Shown here piece after piece: positions 12,215 to 25,930 of a DNA stretch of 64,000 bases. Made by a program: the position numbers and the translations under genes. Where the stretch lies: positions 348,936,001 to 349,000,000 of the forward strand of contig OZ024743.1 in assembly GCA_964016885.1 (NCBI GenBank), in the 5' to 3' direction. Position 1 is the stretch's first letter; every line of letters starts with the position of its first letter. Under the pieces are notes generated by a model, which worked only from the letters and a program-made list of their open reading frames with translations, was not told the origin of the DNA and did no database searches. This DNA comes from Eledone cirrhosa (Eukaryota).

Positions 12215-13121
12215 TACGATCTATACGTGGTTATTTTACGTCTTGATGCGGGAGCTAAGTATATGTTTTGTTTATTCCTTTACTTATTTGCATAGGTAAG
12301 TATATACTACCCGTAAGTTTTGTGAAGGTACGTATACCTTCTCGTACGTATATTTGATTGTTATGGCGTATCATTTTATATATTCTGGTACATAGGGTTT
12401 GGCTATGTGTATACGGGAGTTTTTGCGTCTGTGTGATTATGTAGGTTCGTACGTATGGTGGGTGTGTGTATATGTGTACTTCTCGTTTTAGTTGACTTAC
12501 GTCTCCGAACATTCGTGTATTTATATGTAGGTATGTGTGTGCGCTTGTTATATACGTATTTATTTATTTATATACGTTTATATAATTATTTATTTATTTG
12601 TATACACGCATACACACACATATTTATATGTGCGTGGTTTTGTATACCTATGGTAAGGTTTTGCGTATGCTTGTGTATGTACGTTTTTGTTTGCGTGTAT
12701 GCATTTATTTATTTCTATTACTTCTGTATTGTATTTATTTAATCGTTCTTAACTCTGTAGTGGAGATTCATTTGGTCTCCTAGTTAGAATTTTAGTCTAC
12801 GACTTCTGCTATACCATTTACGTGGTTTTGTCTTTGCGTGCTATTGTTCTCCACGCTTTACATATGACGTATTATCTTCGTTTTTTCGTTGATTGCCAGA
12901 GAACGTCTCTATGCACCACCTAAGAGAACATTAGTCTACGACCTCTTTTATACCATAAACGTGGTTCTGTCTTTGCGCGTAAATGTTTTTCACCGCTCCT
13001 ATTAATGACGTATTGTTCGTTTTTTCCCGTTCTTCGCCAGCGAACGTTTCCACGAACCAAAGTATCGTCTTCCTGTCTTCCTCCGGTTGCAACGTTTTTT
13101 GAAATATCCAGTTCTGCGTTT

Positions 13122-13197
13122 ACAGATTGACTTTGTTAGTTTCAGAAGATCCCATTAAGGGTGAAAGATGCGATTATTTGCTTAAACTTTAATCTGT
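13122..13197 (+). ncRNA. Atypical hammerhead-like motif (CAGAAGA core) in the PLE pLTR; inverted copy at 11628-11703
   Basis: acagattg..agttt CAGAAGA t ccc attaa ggg t GAAA g..tgc TT aaact..taatctgt. Confidence 0.45.
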
Positions 13198-13589
13198 TAT
13201 TTTAATATATATATATAAATATATATACATATATAAATTAGCGAGAATCGTATTTCGGCTTTGGAAATTAGCGAAAAACAACTTCCGAGATGTGTGGCAA
13301 GCGCTCAATAAATTCTAACGAACCAGAGCTACAACATACGTTAAAAGATCAAACACACTGAGACGATGGTTAAACCATTATCCGCACAGCCATAGAAACG
13401 ACCAAGTAATTCGGGTCAAACAAATAAAAAAAATATGATTTATATATATATAATTTTGTATAAGATGTCGACCAACATGACTGTGTATGCAACACTTCGA
13501 TCAGTAAACGATGATGCAACTAGATCAAACACTCAACGACGTGTGTCTCTTTCCAAATGAGATTTGGGGCCCCATTAAGGATTATACAT

Positions 13590-13805
13590 AGAATAATGTT
13601 CTCTACTATGGGCACAAGGACGGCAATTTTGGGGGAGGGGAAAGGCGATTAAAATCGACCCCTATTCGTGACTGGTACTTTATTTTATCGACCCCGTAAG
13701 GATGAAAGGAAAATTAACCTCGGTGGGATTTGAACGCAGATCATAAAGGGCCGTAACTCTATGTTGCAAAGCATGGCGTCCGACCCTCTACCGATACTGC
13801 CAATG
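13590..13805 (-). mobile_element. SINE S1, variant with a longer 3' region
   Basis: Reverse complement of the S1 head and core with an extra GGGGTCGAT..CCCCC segment. Confidence 0.85.
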
Positions 13806-14502
13806 ATAATTGCGAAGGCCAGATGGAAAATTTGATAACACAATTTATTCAGAATCAGCCTTAATACATATGTTTGTTGCATTCATTATTACACAATGCA
13901 GTCATCATTCAACTGCCAACAAGTCATCATCAGAGAGCATGTTACATAATAAAGTTGATGTGTAAAATTCTTATTTCAATATGGGCTATAGACAAGGGAA
14001 AGGACTGATACGCTGTTTGTACTTCTTCCGGCGGTTTCCATATAAATCATTACTTTCAGTTGACTGAAGAAGCAATAAAATGTATTTCAGCCGCGATTAT
14101 TTTATATTTTCATACGTTTCGGGACTCCAAACATCGAAAATATATGTTACTTGCTATTTAAGCATATACAAGTTTTAAAATTAATCATCATTTTTCAAAG
14201 AAACTCGTAACAGAAGTTTTTGAAATATAGTGCATATCATTGATTATAACTGCAAATAGGTGAGATTAAAAAAACAAAAGAAAACAAATAGTATTTTGTT
14301 AAGGTAACAGCTTGGGAATTTATTCTGTTTATCGATATGTATATATTTAATCAGAGCAGTGGAATTTACAAGGAATTGCCCTTTTGCTATCTTCAAACAC
14401 ATATACTATAGATGTATGCATATGTACCCTTGCAGATCTTACAAAAGAGCATAAAATATGGTTAGTTACACACACAAACACATACACACACACACACAGA
14501 TA

Positions 14503-14573
<71 letters not shown>

Positions 14574-14822
14574 ATATATATACAAATATATATATATATA
14601 TATATACAAATATATATATATATATATACAAATATATATATATATAAATGTATATAAATGAAAGGTGTAGAATACAATATATATATATATATGTGTGTGT
14701 GTAGTGAGAGAAAGAGGAGAGAATGAGAGAGAGATAGAGAGATAGAGAGATATAACATTTACAATTATCAAAGAATGCATAATTAAATTACACATACATA
14801 CAAGCATTCACCTATATATATT

Positions 14823-14893
<71 letters not shown>

Positions 14894-14896
14894 ATG

Positions 14897-14941
<45 letters not shown>

Positions 14942-15291
14942 ATGTGTGTATGTGTATATATATACACACATATATATATATTTTCGTATATATATATAAC
15001 ATACATACAAGTTTGTGTGGTTGTGATTAATTGAATAGTTTTATATATTTGATTAATCATTTAGTTTATCTGTTTTCATGTATATGTGTATATAGGCGTG
15101 TGTGTTCACACAGTTGTGTATACTGAAATATAATAAAATCAAAAGTTACATTTGACACGCAGAATTGCAACCCGAGCTCCTGTCAATATTGCAACATCTG
15201 GAATATTAAAATAGAATATTTATTTGGCAAAACACACACAAACATATGCACACTCACATACACACACACTCCCCCCCCCACACACACACGC

Positions 15292-15330
<39 letters not shown>

Positions 15331-15477
15331 CATTCACAAACAAACACATACACATACATACACACGCACACGCAAATCAACGCACGCACACGCATACACA
15401 TACACACACATTCGTCGATCTGCAAATACGTGAAAATGCATAACAATATAAACCAACTACAGACAGATACACGTGCA

Positions 15478-15527
<50 letters not shown>

Positions 15528-17282
15528 CAAATGTGTGTGAATGTGTGTGTGTATGTATGTGTGTGTATCTGTGTCTCTGTGTGTATGTGGGCAAACCAGC
15601 GTGGGTGAGAGAGTGTGTGTGTGTGTTTGTGTGTGTATATACATATATGTGTGTGTTTGTGTATTGAACAATGAAAATAAAACAAAAGTCCAAGATAGGT
15701 TTGCAATTAGTTCATTATTTTACTATAGTTTCAGAGAGTTGATAGATGATGGTAGAACGCTTTACTGACTAGGGGGTATTGGTTTTATAAATACCTATTT
15801 TCTGTTTTGGAATCCCTGCGCCCTCACATCCTCTTCCTTAGAAACAAAAGATTTGTTTCTGAGGAAGACAATGCGACTGGTCAGCGATTTCGAGACTCGA
15901 AGTAGGTGATGACATAACTACTAACTCCTACTCAATATAACGATATATCATGATCAATCAAACTTCAGAAATGAATGTAAAATAATGAATGAATTCCAAA
16001 CCTATCTATGACTTCTGTTTTTATTGTTCAATACAAAGAGATACACACATATATTTATGACTTTGTAGTTCGAGTAAAATATTTGAGGGAACCGTATGCT
16101 ATGTTAGCCCATAACAAAAACTATAAGCTCTCACCGCATAATGACTTTGATACCGTCTCATTAAGTGTGCAATGAATTCATATAACGTTTTCGGCCTCAC
16201 CGTGAACAGGTGGATACCAGTATATTTGCATATAATAAGATCATTTTTTACAAAGCAGATTAATACCAAATATTAAAAAAATTGTGCTTCCGTCAATGGC
16301 TATTAAATCTCACCATGTCCCCACCACCCTTTTTTTTTTCGCAGGCATCACAACCTTGACTGCATATGTTCATATGAGTATGTAGAAGTACTGATTTATC
16401 TCACTTGTTAAGCCACATATAAATTTGCAAATTTTTCACATCTGCTACAGGCTAATTTTGTATTTTGATTTATAACTTTGTTCGTGATTATAGAGCCAGC
16501 ACTAGACAGACATAGAAATACAAATATAACAGACCAAATTTTCCCCGTGACCTTCCCAGATTGTATACCTGCTCATAATCTTTGTGATTAGTGTCGGGTC
16601 TATAACATTAATACGGATCCCGAGCCATCCATCTCTGATACGTTCGTAATTAATATCTACTCAATTAATATCTTAATGCTTCTCAATAAATATATACTCA
16701 ATAAATATCTCATCGTGTTGTTCTTAATAAAAAAAACTATATATATATATATAGTTGCGTACATACACGAAAATGTGACTTGTGTTCCGAATATAATGAG
16801 AGGATAAAATATAAAAAAAATCTTACTGCACACCTATTTCAAAACAAAAACCCTCTTTAAGCGCGTTCCTACTAAACCAGCAATGGAGAAAACATTTCCA
16901 GCGTTGCTTGTTCCGGTCTTTCGGAACGATTTAAGACAATACAGTGAAAGTAGTCATTGCCTAAAACCCAACTTGTTGATAGAAAAAGGAAATGTTTCAA
17001 TTTTATTAGATTTCTTCAGCAGAGAATATTCGATTAGACTTAGAATACGGCTAAATATAAAGGAATAACGAATAAAATTATGCACTGAATGTTTGGCAAG
17101 TGTAGAGAGGAAAATTATTGAAGTGATCGGTCTGTATAATAAAGTAGAGTTTTCAGTCTGAATATGTCAAGTGAGAGCAATTTTCAATTAATTGAATATA
17201 TCCTCATAATGCTAGGACTGCAATTCCCTAAGGAGAAGTACGCAAACAGGAAAACTCTTATATCCGCAACTGAAACATTAAA

Positions 17283-17374
<92 letters not shown>

Positions 17375-17769
17375 ATGCGAGTCTGTGTGTATGCGAGTGT
17401 GTGTGTGTGTGTGTCTGTGTGTGTGTGTAAATGTGTGTTTGCGTTTGAGAGTGTGAGTGTAAGCGCACATATTTCTCTGTCAGTGTATGCATTAGCATTA
17501 TTTTTATTCAAATGTTGAATCCCTTCGATTAAATAGACCAGCATGTACGAATAATTTTCATGACAAAAATCAAGCGAGAAAACATGGTACGGATGTAAGC
17601 TTTTTTGCGTCCGTGAGCGCGTTTTACGCATTATTACCAGCATTAATCAGTATTAAATTGATAATTTCATATTGCTGAGAAAAAGTGATTTTCCTTGGTC
17701 TACAATGTTTCGTACTCTTTAAAATGTGGAAGAATGGAATGTTATTGACATCAATCAAATATGTAGCTC

Positions 17770-17940
17770 TTACTGACCAGGTATTGCATTGTCCTCTATA
17801 CGTAGGCCTTTATGGCCAATAAAGGAATTATTATTATTACTATTGTGCACTTTTACTCGTGCTTATTGTAAACCCCCACTGTTCGTATCTTTGTATTGCC
17901 CCCTTGTGTCCAATAAATGAAATCATTACTATCATTATTA
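17770..17940 (+). mobile_element. Two short tandem Tx1 3'-end stubs, each ending AATAAA..(TTA)n
   Basis: 17841-17940 matches the 3' UTR at ~61540-61640; the preceding stub ends TGGCCAATAAAGGAATTATT. Confidence 0.7.
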
Positions 17941-17943
17941 GAA

Positions 17944-18125
17944 CGGTGGTTTGGTAATATCGGTAGAGCGTCAGACACCACGCTCTGCAGCATAGGAGTT
18001 ATGGCCCTTTACGTTATGTGTTCAAATATTGCCGAAGTTAACTTTGCCTTTCATCGTTCCGGGATATAATAAAGCACCAATAATGTACTGGCATAATTAC
18101 TGGCCTTGTGCCAAAAATATAGAAT
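17944..18125 (+). mobile_element. SINE S1, diverged
   Basis: Similarity to other S1 copies. Confidence 0.82.
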
Positions 18126-18577
18126 AGTTTATTCAACTCTAACTGAGACTTTCTATGATATGTGTTACAGCTATGGCTGTTGAATCCTCCTCTTTGTCAT
18201 TGCGTATCTAACGCATCGTGTATGACTTTAAATTACATCTGGTTTCAGGGTTTTTGAAAGCCTCAGAAATTGAGAATAATGGATTTACCCCATAAACGAC
18301 AAAAATTGTTACCCGTAAGGGTAGCACGTGCAGGGGTTATAGAATATACTGCATTACGAAATCAGACTTATCCCGTATAGGCTCCTGGGATAGTAACCAA
18401 AGACAGTATATTTCAGATTTCAGAAGTAAAGTATTCGAACTTGTAAATTGCAATACGATTATCGGGTAGTGATGAAGTACAGATGATATGTATTTGCTAA
18501 ATCTATAGAACAGACCATTACAATAAGCGGATTCATAAATATAGTTAATCATGCACAAGGAGAACAATATATGTATG

Positions 18578-20380
18578 TTATCTCTTTCTCTTAATTTCGA
18601 GTATATTTTTTGACCGGCCACCTTCCTTGTGGCAAGGTTGTAAAAGAAAAGAAATTGTCATTCCTTGAATCGCAAGAATGTTTTGCAAATTTTGAAGGTG
18701 CAAGCTATCGCAGCCATTTGTAGACTATAAATTAGGGAACTGCGCTCTTTGTCCGCAAATCCAAGTTCAGTCATATTTTGGTCCAAGCGGGTTGGTATAT
18801 AACCCGTAGCTCAAATAATGATGGGTAAGAAGCTAAATGTGTATCTTGGATACTGGATTTGTAAACTCCTCATCAATGGTCAGTAGCTGTCCTCCTTCTC
18901 CTGTATTTTTCTGACAATGTTTACATCAAGTGGGCAGCTGATCTCCACAACAGAACACGTTTTCAATGTGTTGTCCCAAACGATTTCTGGCCGGTTGTGC
19001 TTTAATTTGGTGGCAGTTTTTATTTTCAGGTTCCACCAGTATTCCTTTGTGCCATCTGTCTCAATATATTCTTCCTCGTTTGTTGTTAATTTTGTTTTCC
19101 GAAGAGCGTTCCAGATGGTTCTAGCTATCCCATCGTGTCTCATGGAGAGGTAGTAGCGAGATGACATTCTTTGGCAGAGGGCGACAATGTGGCTTACATC
19201 CTCGATTTTTGTTTTACACAGCCTACATTTATTGTCAGCTGATGGCCCTCCTATTTGTGCAGCAGATATTTGGTAGGGAGTTCTTGTTCCTGTATTGCAT
19301 AGAGATATCCCTCAAGGAGTGATGTCATAAACTTGTCGGAACTCCATGCCAGGCTTTTTTATCCTCTCTATGGACTGTGTTTTACCTCTCAAGTATCCAT
19401 GCACAACTTTTTTCTGTAAATTGGTCAATATTTTCCTCTTATTTGAACATTGAATAGGATCTTCCGATTTCTCTGGGTGAGAGATTTATATCAGGCTTTA
19501 TTCCATATCTCCTCCAGATCAGTGGCTATTCTAATGATATTTTTTTTCTTGCTCATAAACCTGGGCAAGATTATTGCCAACCTTTTCCCTCTGTTGAAGG
19601 TGTTGCTTCAGTGTAACTATCCGGGTCTCATATGATGTTAATATGGATTTTAGACCCTGGCCACCTTCCTTGCGTGAGAAGTATAGCCTATCCACATCAC
19701 CATTGATGTTAAAGTTCCCAGTAACACTGAGAAGTTCTTGCAATGACCAGTTCAGCAGGCCAAATGTTGGCGTTAGAATTGGCACAGCATAAGTATTGTG
19801 GGCAATGTATTTGTGGTACGCTGACAGTTCTGATGACCATATTTTCTTTACTCTTCTGAGGTATTCAGTTCTGGTTCTCTCCTTATTTATCTGACATTCT
19901 CATCCTGTCCAAGATATCTGAAGTTGTCATCAGGCCGTTCATCTCTAGATTTCTAGAGGAGGGCACAGCTCTTCCACGTTTTACTGCCAAATACGCACAC
20001 TTGGACTCACCAAATTTCATTTTGATGTCTGTTGAAAATTGTGCACTGAGGTCCAATTGTTTCTTGATCTCATTGATATTTGGCCCATACAATTTCAGGT
20101 CATCAACAAAGAAATGATAGGAGATACTTATGGACCTAGTTCTTTGTCCACCTTGTTTCCTGAGTAGGTAAGATAGTGGATTCAGTGAGAGAACGAAGAG
20201 TAGCTCTGACAAGCTATCAACCTGAAAGATGCCCTTCTGGTAATGTATCTTATCAGTCTTAACTTGTTCCCTCTCACCTCTAAGTATCAAATTGGTGTAC
20301 CAGTTCTTGGTCAGACGTTCAACAGCAGCCACCAATGGTTGTGGGACTTTGTATAACTGTAAAGCCTTATCAATCCACCC
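18578..20380 (-). mobile_element. R4/Dong-clade non-LTR element (RT + CCHC + restriction-like endonuclease), 5'-truncated and decayed
   Basis: GIFQxDSLS, FVDDLKLY, FGESKCA, CRLC..H..C, RHD, NRPEIVWD, VVEISCP motifs. Confidence 0.88.
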
Positions 20381-20444
20381 ATGTATGTATGTATGTATGT
20401 TTGCATGTATGTATATCTGTTTGCATGTATGTATGTATATTATA

Positions 20445-21000
20445 TCGGGTCACTCTTGTGTGCTACTGGTAACATGTAACCCAGTACAACCTGTCGCATG
20501 GTCGGGTTGTCGTCAAGGAAACCAGTAACCCCACCAAGTTTACTTGGTGAGGAGGGTGATTTGGGACACCCTGCAGGAACAGAAATACCTGACTTAGGGC
20601 AGAAGAACTCATAAGGGTCAACGGCCATCCAAAAATGTGTAAATATATATATACACATGTATATATGTATGTATATGTATATATGTATATATGTATATAT
20701 GCATGTATTTATATGTGTGTATATACTGGGGATATAGAAATTGTCGGGTTGGATACCCGATTGCGCGGTTAAACCACTGGGAGGGAAAGAACCCTAGCCT
20801 TTGTCAGGGCATTCTTCTAGGAGAAGGCAAGTTAGGAAACTGGGATAACTCCGATATAAAACCTGCGGCTCAGTAGTTACCGGCGATGTTGATCTTTTCT
20901 TCTTTTCAGGTTATAGCTACTGTCGCTCATAGAGTGGGATTAGCTCAGTGCACAGTCTTTCGTCACTTTAAAAAAGAATCCTCACGCACAGGCATTGCAC
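20445..21000 (+). mobile_element. RTE-type 5' UTR-derived repeat, interrupted by a microsatellite
   Basis: Homologous to 53270-53570 (minus); CTAGGAGAAGG..AACTC.GATATAA.ACC motif recalled from RTE 5' regions. Confidence 0.55.
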
Positions 21001-21329
21001 GAGAAAATTAATTAATAATTATTAATAATTTTATATCGTGCAATGGCCATACATGATACCGAGGGGGTAGCCATCATGTACGTATATATGTATATATACA
21101 CACAAATGACCGACCGAGATCCTGCAAAACTCTCGTGGGAAAGAATAAGAGAAAACGTGAAAAAATGCATAAAGTTAGAAATGGTAGAGAGAAAGTTATT
21201 CTGGTATGTAATAAATATTTTTCTTTTGAGAAATGGATGGGAATAATGAAAATTTGAAAAAATATTGGACATTATTTTATTTATTCTATACGCATATATT
21301 TTGAAAATGATATTAATACATGTATTTAT

Positions 21330-22300
21330 AACCACACACGTTCGTGCTGATAGACATTTACCGTTGAGTGTAAAGAAAGAAGGAAAGTATAAGATGAAAA
21401 ATCCAAGTTCATGATCAGAGAGTTGATGTTTAATGGAGACAGGAGTTTCTAAGAAGAGAGTAAATATGTTTCATTAAATGTAAACAGTGTCTGAAAACTC
21501 CAGTGTCTGAAAACTCTAGACATTTCTGTTTTATCAACAACCAGCACGTTATCGAACCGTTATGTATTGTTAGTGATATTCCATTATTTCTTGTCTTATT
21601 TTATGTCTTTTGATTCCCATTTAAGTTTCGATAGAATAGTCGATGCTTTCAATTCAAGGTTCCTGAACGTCGAATCATGCTAGTAAAATCACTGCTTAAA
21701 CGTTTACTCTACTAGACCTACATATCGTATTTCTAGCCTCTGCTTTGTTGGTATGCCCAGGTAACTGCTGCTTCATATACCATCGACTTTATGTTAAAAG
21801 CATGTTGTAAATAGGCATTCGTAATTTTTCCTGCCTGAGCCACCGCGTTCTTTGTTGAGCTTTTGTTTCCCTGTTATAATTGACTTCGTGAAAGGGGCAC
21901 ATGAATAATAGATTCTGACGCAGGGCCATCTGAATATGTTAATCCCTCTTTCCTGTGGGTGAAAAGGTTTGATTATTAATTAGAAGACTGTTTTTATCTA
22001 CATTCGTTTTTATATTTGAAGAGTAAGGGACAGATACAAGATACTTTTCCTGGGTCTCTACCTAGATCTATTTCATCGGGAGTTGTAAATTGGATCTTAG
22101 TTTTCTAGCTGTTATCTAGGAGGGCTCTGTCATAATATTGTCTTAGATAAAGAGTTTTGGGATTTAACTCTAGATTATTACAAGCCCTTCCGTAAGCGAA
22201 ATGAGAAACTAAAATACATAAACATATTTTTGTCAATCTTCAACCCCCAACCTAAATATGCTGAAACTGGTGAGCAGGCAAAGATGTAGTAGCTATATCA
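21330..22300 (-). mobile_element. Heavily decayed Penelope-like element (GIY-YIG region)
   Basis: Manual minus-strand translation gives VYEAAVT, YVGLVE*TFKQ*FY*HDSTF, KWNI and YDRAL..KTKIQF fragments. Confidence 0.55.
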
Positions 22301-24068
22301 CCTAAATCTACTGAGTTAATTGTTACACTATAAGGTAGCATTTGACTGGATAACCAGTGTACTTTGCCACGCTTTCAATTGCCTTAATCAATTATATTAA
22401 AGTGGGACGTGGTTCTCGTAAATGAACCTAAGAAAAGAAAGGATTGAACAGAAAACTAATGAAATAATGAAAGACACAATTAGCTTATCAGTATGAATAT
22501 TCGAAGCTGATAGATTGTCTTTACCGTGGTTCACCCTGCCAGTGACCAATTTGTCAGGTTTGTTGAGGAAATGCCAATATTACATGATAGGATCTGCATA
22601 AGAGTGAAAGTAACGTAATGCAAAACGTTTTGGTCAATAGGTTGCAACTGTCTTTAGATAACATTCACGACACCAAGAAACATTTGCAGATGATGATAAC
22701 ATACCAATGGACATGGAAATAAAATGTGCGAGAATAACTGTTATGTTTCGTAGATATTCCGGAAAATATTCTTGAGCAGACAACGAGCAGGAATATAAAT
22801 AACCTACTATCTCGACTATTTCCAATGAAAGACAATACAATTATCTCGGAAATCATGAGAACCTTGCATTAATTTTTGCTAATGCAGTTTTAAGACGCAA
22901 AAAACAGTAATAATTATGTTAATCGATGAAATAATCAAAATGGCGACACACAGTACCGTCAGAGGTAGTATTAAACCATAAGGAAAAATATTTTCACCAG
23001 CCATCAAATAAGTGTATTCTCTTAAAAATGACGTATGCGTAATGGCATGGATGAATTCGGCAATTAGTGAAATATATATCTTTACATATATATAAAACTG
23101 AAGTTGTCTGTGTGTGTGAGTGTGTGTGTGGCCTAATTTTGGCAAAGTCTATACAAATCTACATTTCTACTCCGATTGACTTCGAACTTGCATTTATATA
23201 TTCCTTGCGGTCTAAAGATATTAACTGCAGCTTTTATTTTTCAATCTTCTGTTGTTAAAGGCTTTTTTTTTTTTTCACTAAAACTTTAATCTTTTTTTGT
23301 CAGCTTGTTCGGAAATTTTGTCTACAATGTTCAAGAGAGATAACTTTTCTGTATTTTGAAAGAGTTACCTCTCTTTATAGACTATATTATCCCTAGTTAA
23401 AAGTACATCCCATGAAATTGTTGATGGTGACCCCAATAGTAATTCCGAAGCGTTCGGCATCCGATATAACAGTTCAGTCTATATCAGATTCGGTAGATTT
23501 TTGTAACCTTAAAAGTATCCAACTAAATTCTTTCATGCTCTCCACCACTGCAGTCCCACATGCTTACTGCTCTGTAACTATTGCTTTCATTGTACCATAG
23601 CACAACAAATACTTGTTCGGTTTGTCGAATGCCTTTTTACTTAACCATATCACCTTAGCTTTCATTGGTTGAACATTTTAATCTCAGGCACCGCTGATAA
23701 TCTACGACGAATTATTTTTATAAGCACAAAATGTAGACACAATCCTCAGACCGAGGTATTACGTACTTCTCTGTACTGTTTCAGAAAGGAGGGATAAACA
23801 CGCCAATCTATATCGGGCCATTCTGCTAGTATGTATATAAAGTATACGGTACCGAAACCGGGGAGACCACACTTTAGAGGAGTCTATATGTATGGGAAGA
23901 AGCAGAGTGGGTATAGAGGAAGGTAGGCGCCCGCCTGAACACCTAGCGTGAGTTTACCATATCTCTTTCCCTCACTCTCTGTCTCTCACTCACATATTAT
24001 ATCACCTTCTTTCTCTCTCTCTCTCTCTCTCTCAGTCTCAATATCTTTTTCTCTCTATACACACACAG

Positions 24069-24152
<84 letters not shown>

Positions 24153-24244
24153 ATAGAAATGACTACTACATGACTGGAGACAGAAAAATCATTTCTATAA
24201 TGATATGAATATCCCTATACCCTACTAGCGTAGTTTTGACAGTG

Positions 24245-24298
<54 letters not shown>

Positions 24299-24386
24299 AG
24301 GGGGGGGGGTGTACAACTAGCTACGTTGCATATCTGCCTGTAGTCTTAGCTATTTGACCATGCATATATATATATATATATATATG

Positions 24387-24600
24387 TATAATATAAAACG
24401 CAAAATCAGTGATGCATGTGAACTCAGTTTATTTTGTGTTACAATTGTTTCGCTAGCGGCCAGCTCGAGACGCGATCATTGTGTTGATCTGTTTGATTCT
24501 GGACCGGCAGGTTCGACGAACACGTCTAATGATTTCGGAGGATATACTTCCACTCATACTTGAGTTTAGATGCATCACTGATTTTTCGTTTGATATTATA
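24387..24600. mobile_element. MITE-like element with ~42-bp imperfect terminal inverted repeats
   Basis: TATAATATAAAACGCAAAATCAGTGATGCATGTGAACTCAG versus the reverse complement of 24559-24600. Confidence 0.65.
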
Positions 24601-24686
24601 TCATACTCTGCTTTGTAAGAGCATAGAGTATTCAACCGGCATACCGCCTATGGAAGCATCTTAGCTACCATCCGACACACACACAG

Positions 24687-24721
<35 letters not shown>

Positions 24722-24911
24722 GTTATATTTGGGGAGGGTCATATTGTTGTAATAATATTGCCAGAATTACAATACAACACGAGGAACACAATAGCACCAC
24801 TGACGATGTTGCAGATGTGCAACGAGAGAACTTTGTTAGACTATATATATGTGTTTATATCTATATTATATCTGTATTTGTGACCGTTGGTCAGTCAATG
24901 GTAAACATTGT

Positions 24912-25015
24912 GTACCCTGGCCAATGTACTTTCAGAATATATATGGTTATGGTGGTCTATCTCTAATACCATAGGAGGAGTTCGTGAACAAATAAACAAA
25001 AAGACAGGAACTACA

Positions 25016-25030
<15 letters not shown>
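24912..25030 (-). repeat. Dispersed repeat (possible non-autonomous Helitron 5' end), homologous to 42850-42960
   Basis: Strong similarity between the two loci; the minus strand starts TATATATAAAG followed by a TGTTT-rich tract. Confidence 0.55.
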
Positions 25031-25094
<64 letters not shown>

Positions 25095-25320
25095 TACCTG
25101 TGCATCCAGTACTCATATTGGTACCACCAACCATCAGTAGTTCACTGAATCAGAGACAATACGTCTCCATGCGTTGAGCTAATTTTTAGTCCCATAAAAC
25201 CGACTGCTATATTTAGCGGCACGGATATGAGATGAATTAGCCGCTGTGACACACGTGCGTTCAACAACACATGTTTATCAGTCTTCTTAAGTATTTTGAA
25301 GTGGAAGGTACCAATTTACG

Positions 25321-25417
25321 GATACCTGCAGAACAGTACAGGAATAGTAACTTTCACTTAATTGTTGCGAAACAAATTTAAAATTTATCAAACAGATTTT
25401 AAATTTGTCCAGGTATC
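25321..25417 (+). ncRNA. Type I hammerhead, degenerate core (CAGAACA)
   Basis: gatacctg CAGAACA gta..tgc GAAA caaattt..aaatttg TC caggtatc. Confidence 0.68.
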
Positions 25418-25833
25418 ACGGCCATTGCCAATATAGGTTTATTATTTTTATTGATTTATTATTTTAAATCGAGACAGGCAAACCATGTTATGTTAAATTA
25501 GTATTTTTTCAGCCTAGCTAACTTGGTCATTTGCAATCCGAACACTTCTATAATTGTATAGATGTTCACCCCTCCTATATTCATTTGTATTACACGGCTC
25601 AGAAATATTCCCTTCTTTGAGCTATTTAATTGTAAAAGACTATTTTGAGTTTATAACTCAATATTTGATATTCACGGCTCCATGCGTTGAGCTGATTTTT
25701 AATGCCATAAAACCGACTGCTATTTTTAGCGGCACGGATATGTGACGAGTTAGGCGCTGGGACTCACGTGCGTTCAACAACACATGTTTCTCAGTCTTCT
25801 TAAGTATTTTGAAGTGGAAGGTACCAATTTCTT

Positions 25834-25930
25834 GATACCTGCAGAAGAGCATAGGAATAGTAACTTTCACTTAATTGTTGCGAAACAAATTTAAAATTTG
25901 TCAAACAGGTTTAAAATGTGTCCAGGTATC
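25834..25930 (+). ncRNA. Type I hammerhead with CAGAAGA core and duplicated stem III
   Basis: gatacctg CAGAAGA gca..tgc GAAA caaatttaaaatttg TC aaacaggtttaaaatgtg TC caggtatc. Confidence 0.72.

Larger units (their letters stand above)
11540..13206 (+). mobile_element. 5'-truncated Penelope-like element with an inverted upstream pLTR
   Basis: GIY-YIG coding segment; 11619-11711 is the reverse complement of 13114-13206; flanked by microsatellites. Confidence 0.88.

Noticed and set aside
23400-23700. Possible RT remnant (KKAFDK on the minus strand)
   Set aside because: A single short motif; too decayed to call
23846-23868. ggtacc GAAACCGG gagacc, resembling the 3' half of a PLE hammerhead
   Set aside because: No CUGANGA upstream and no UH site
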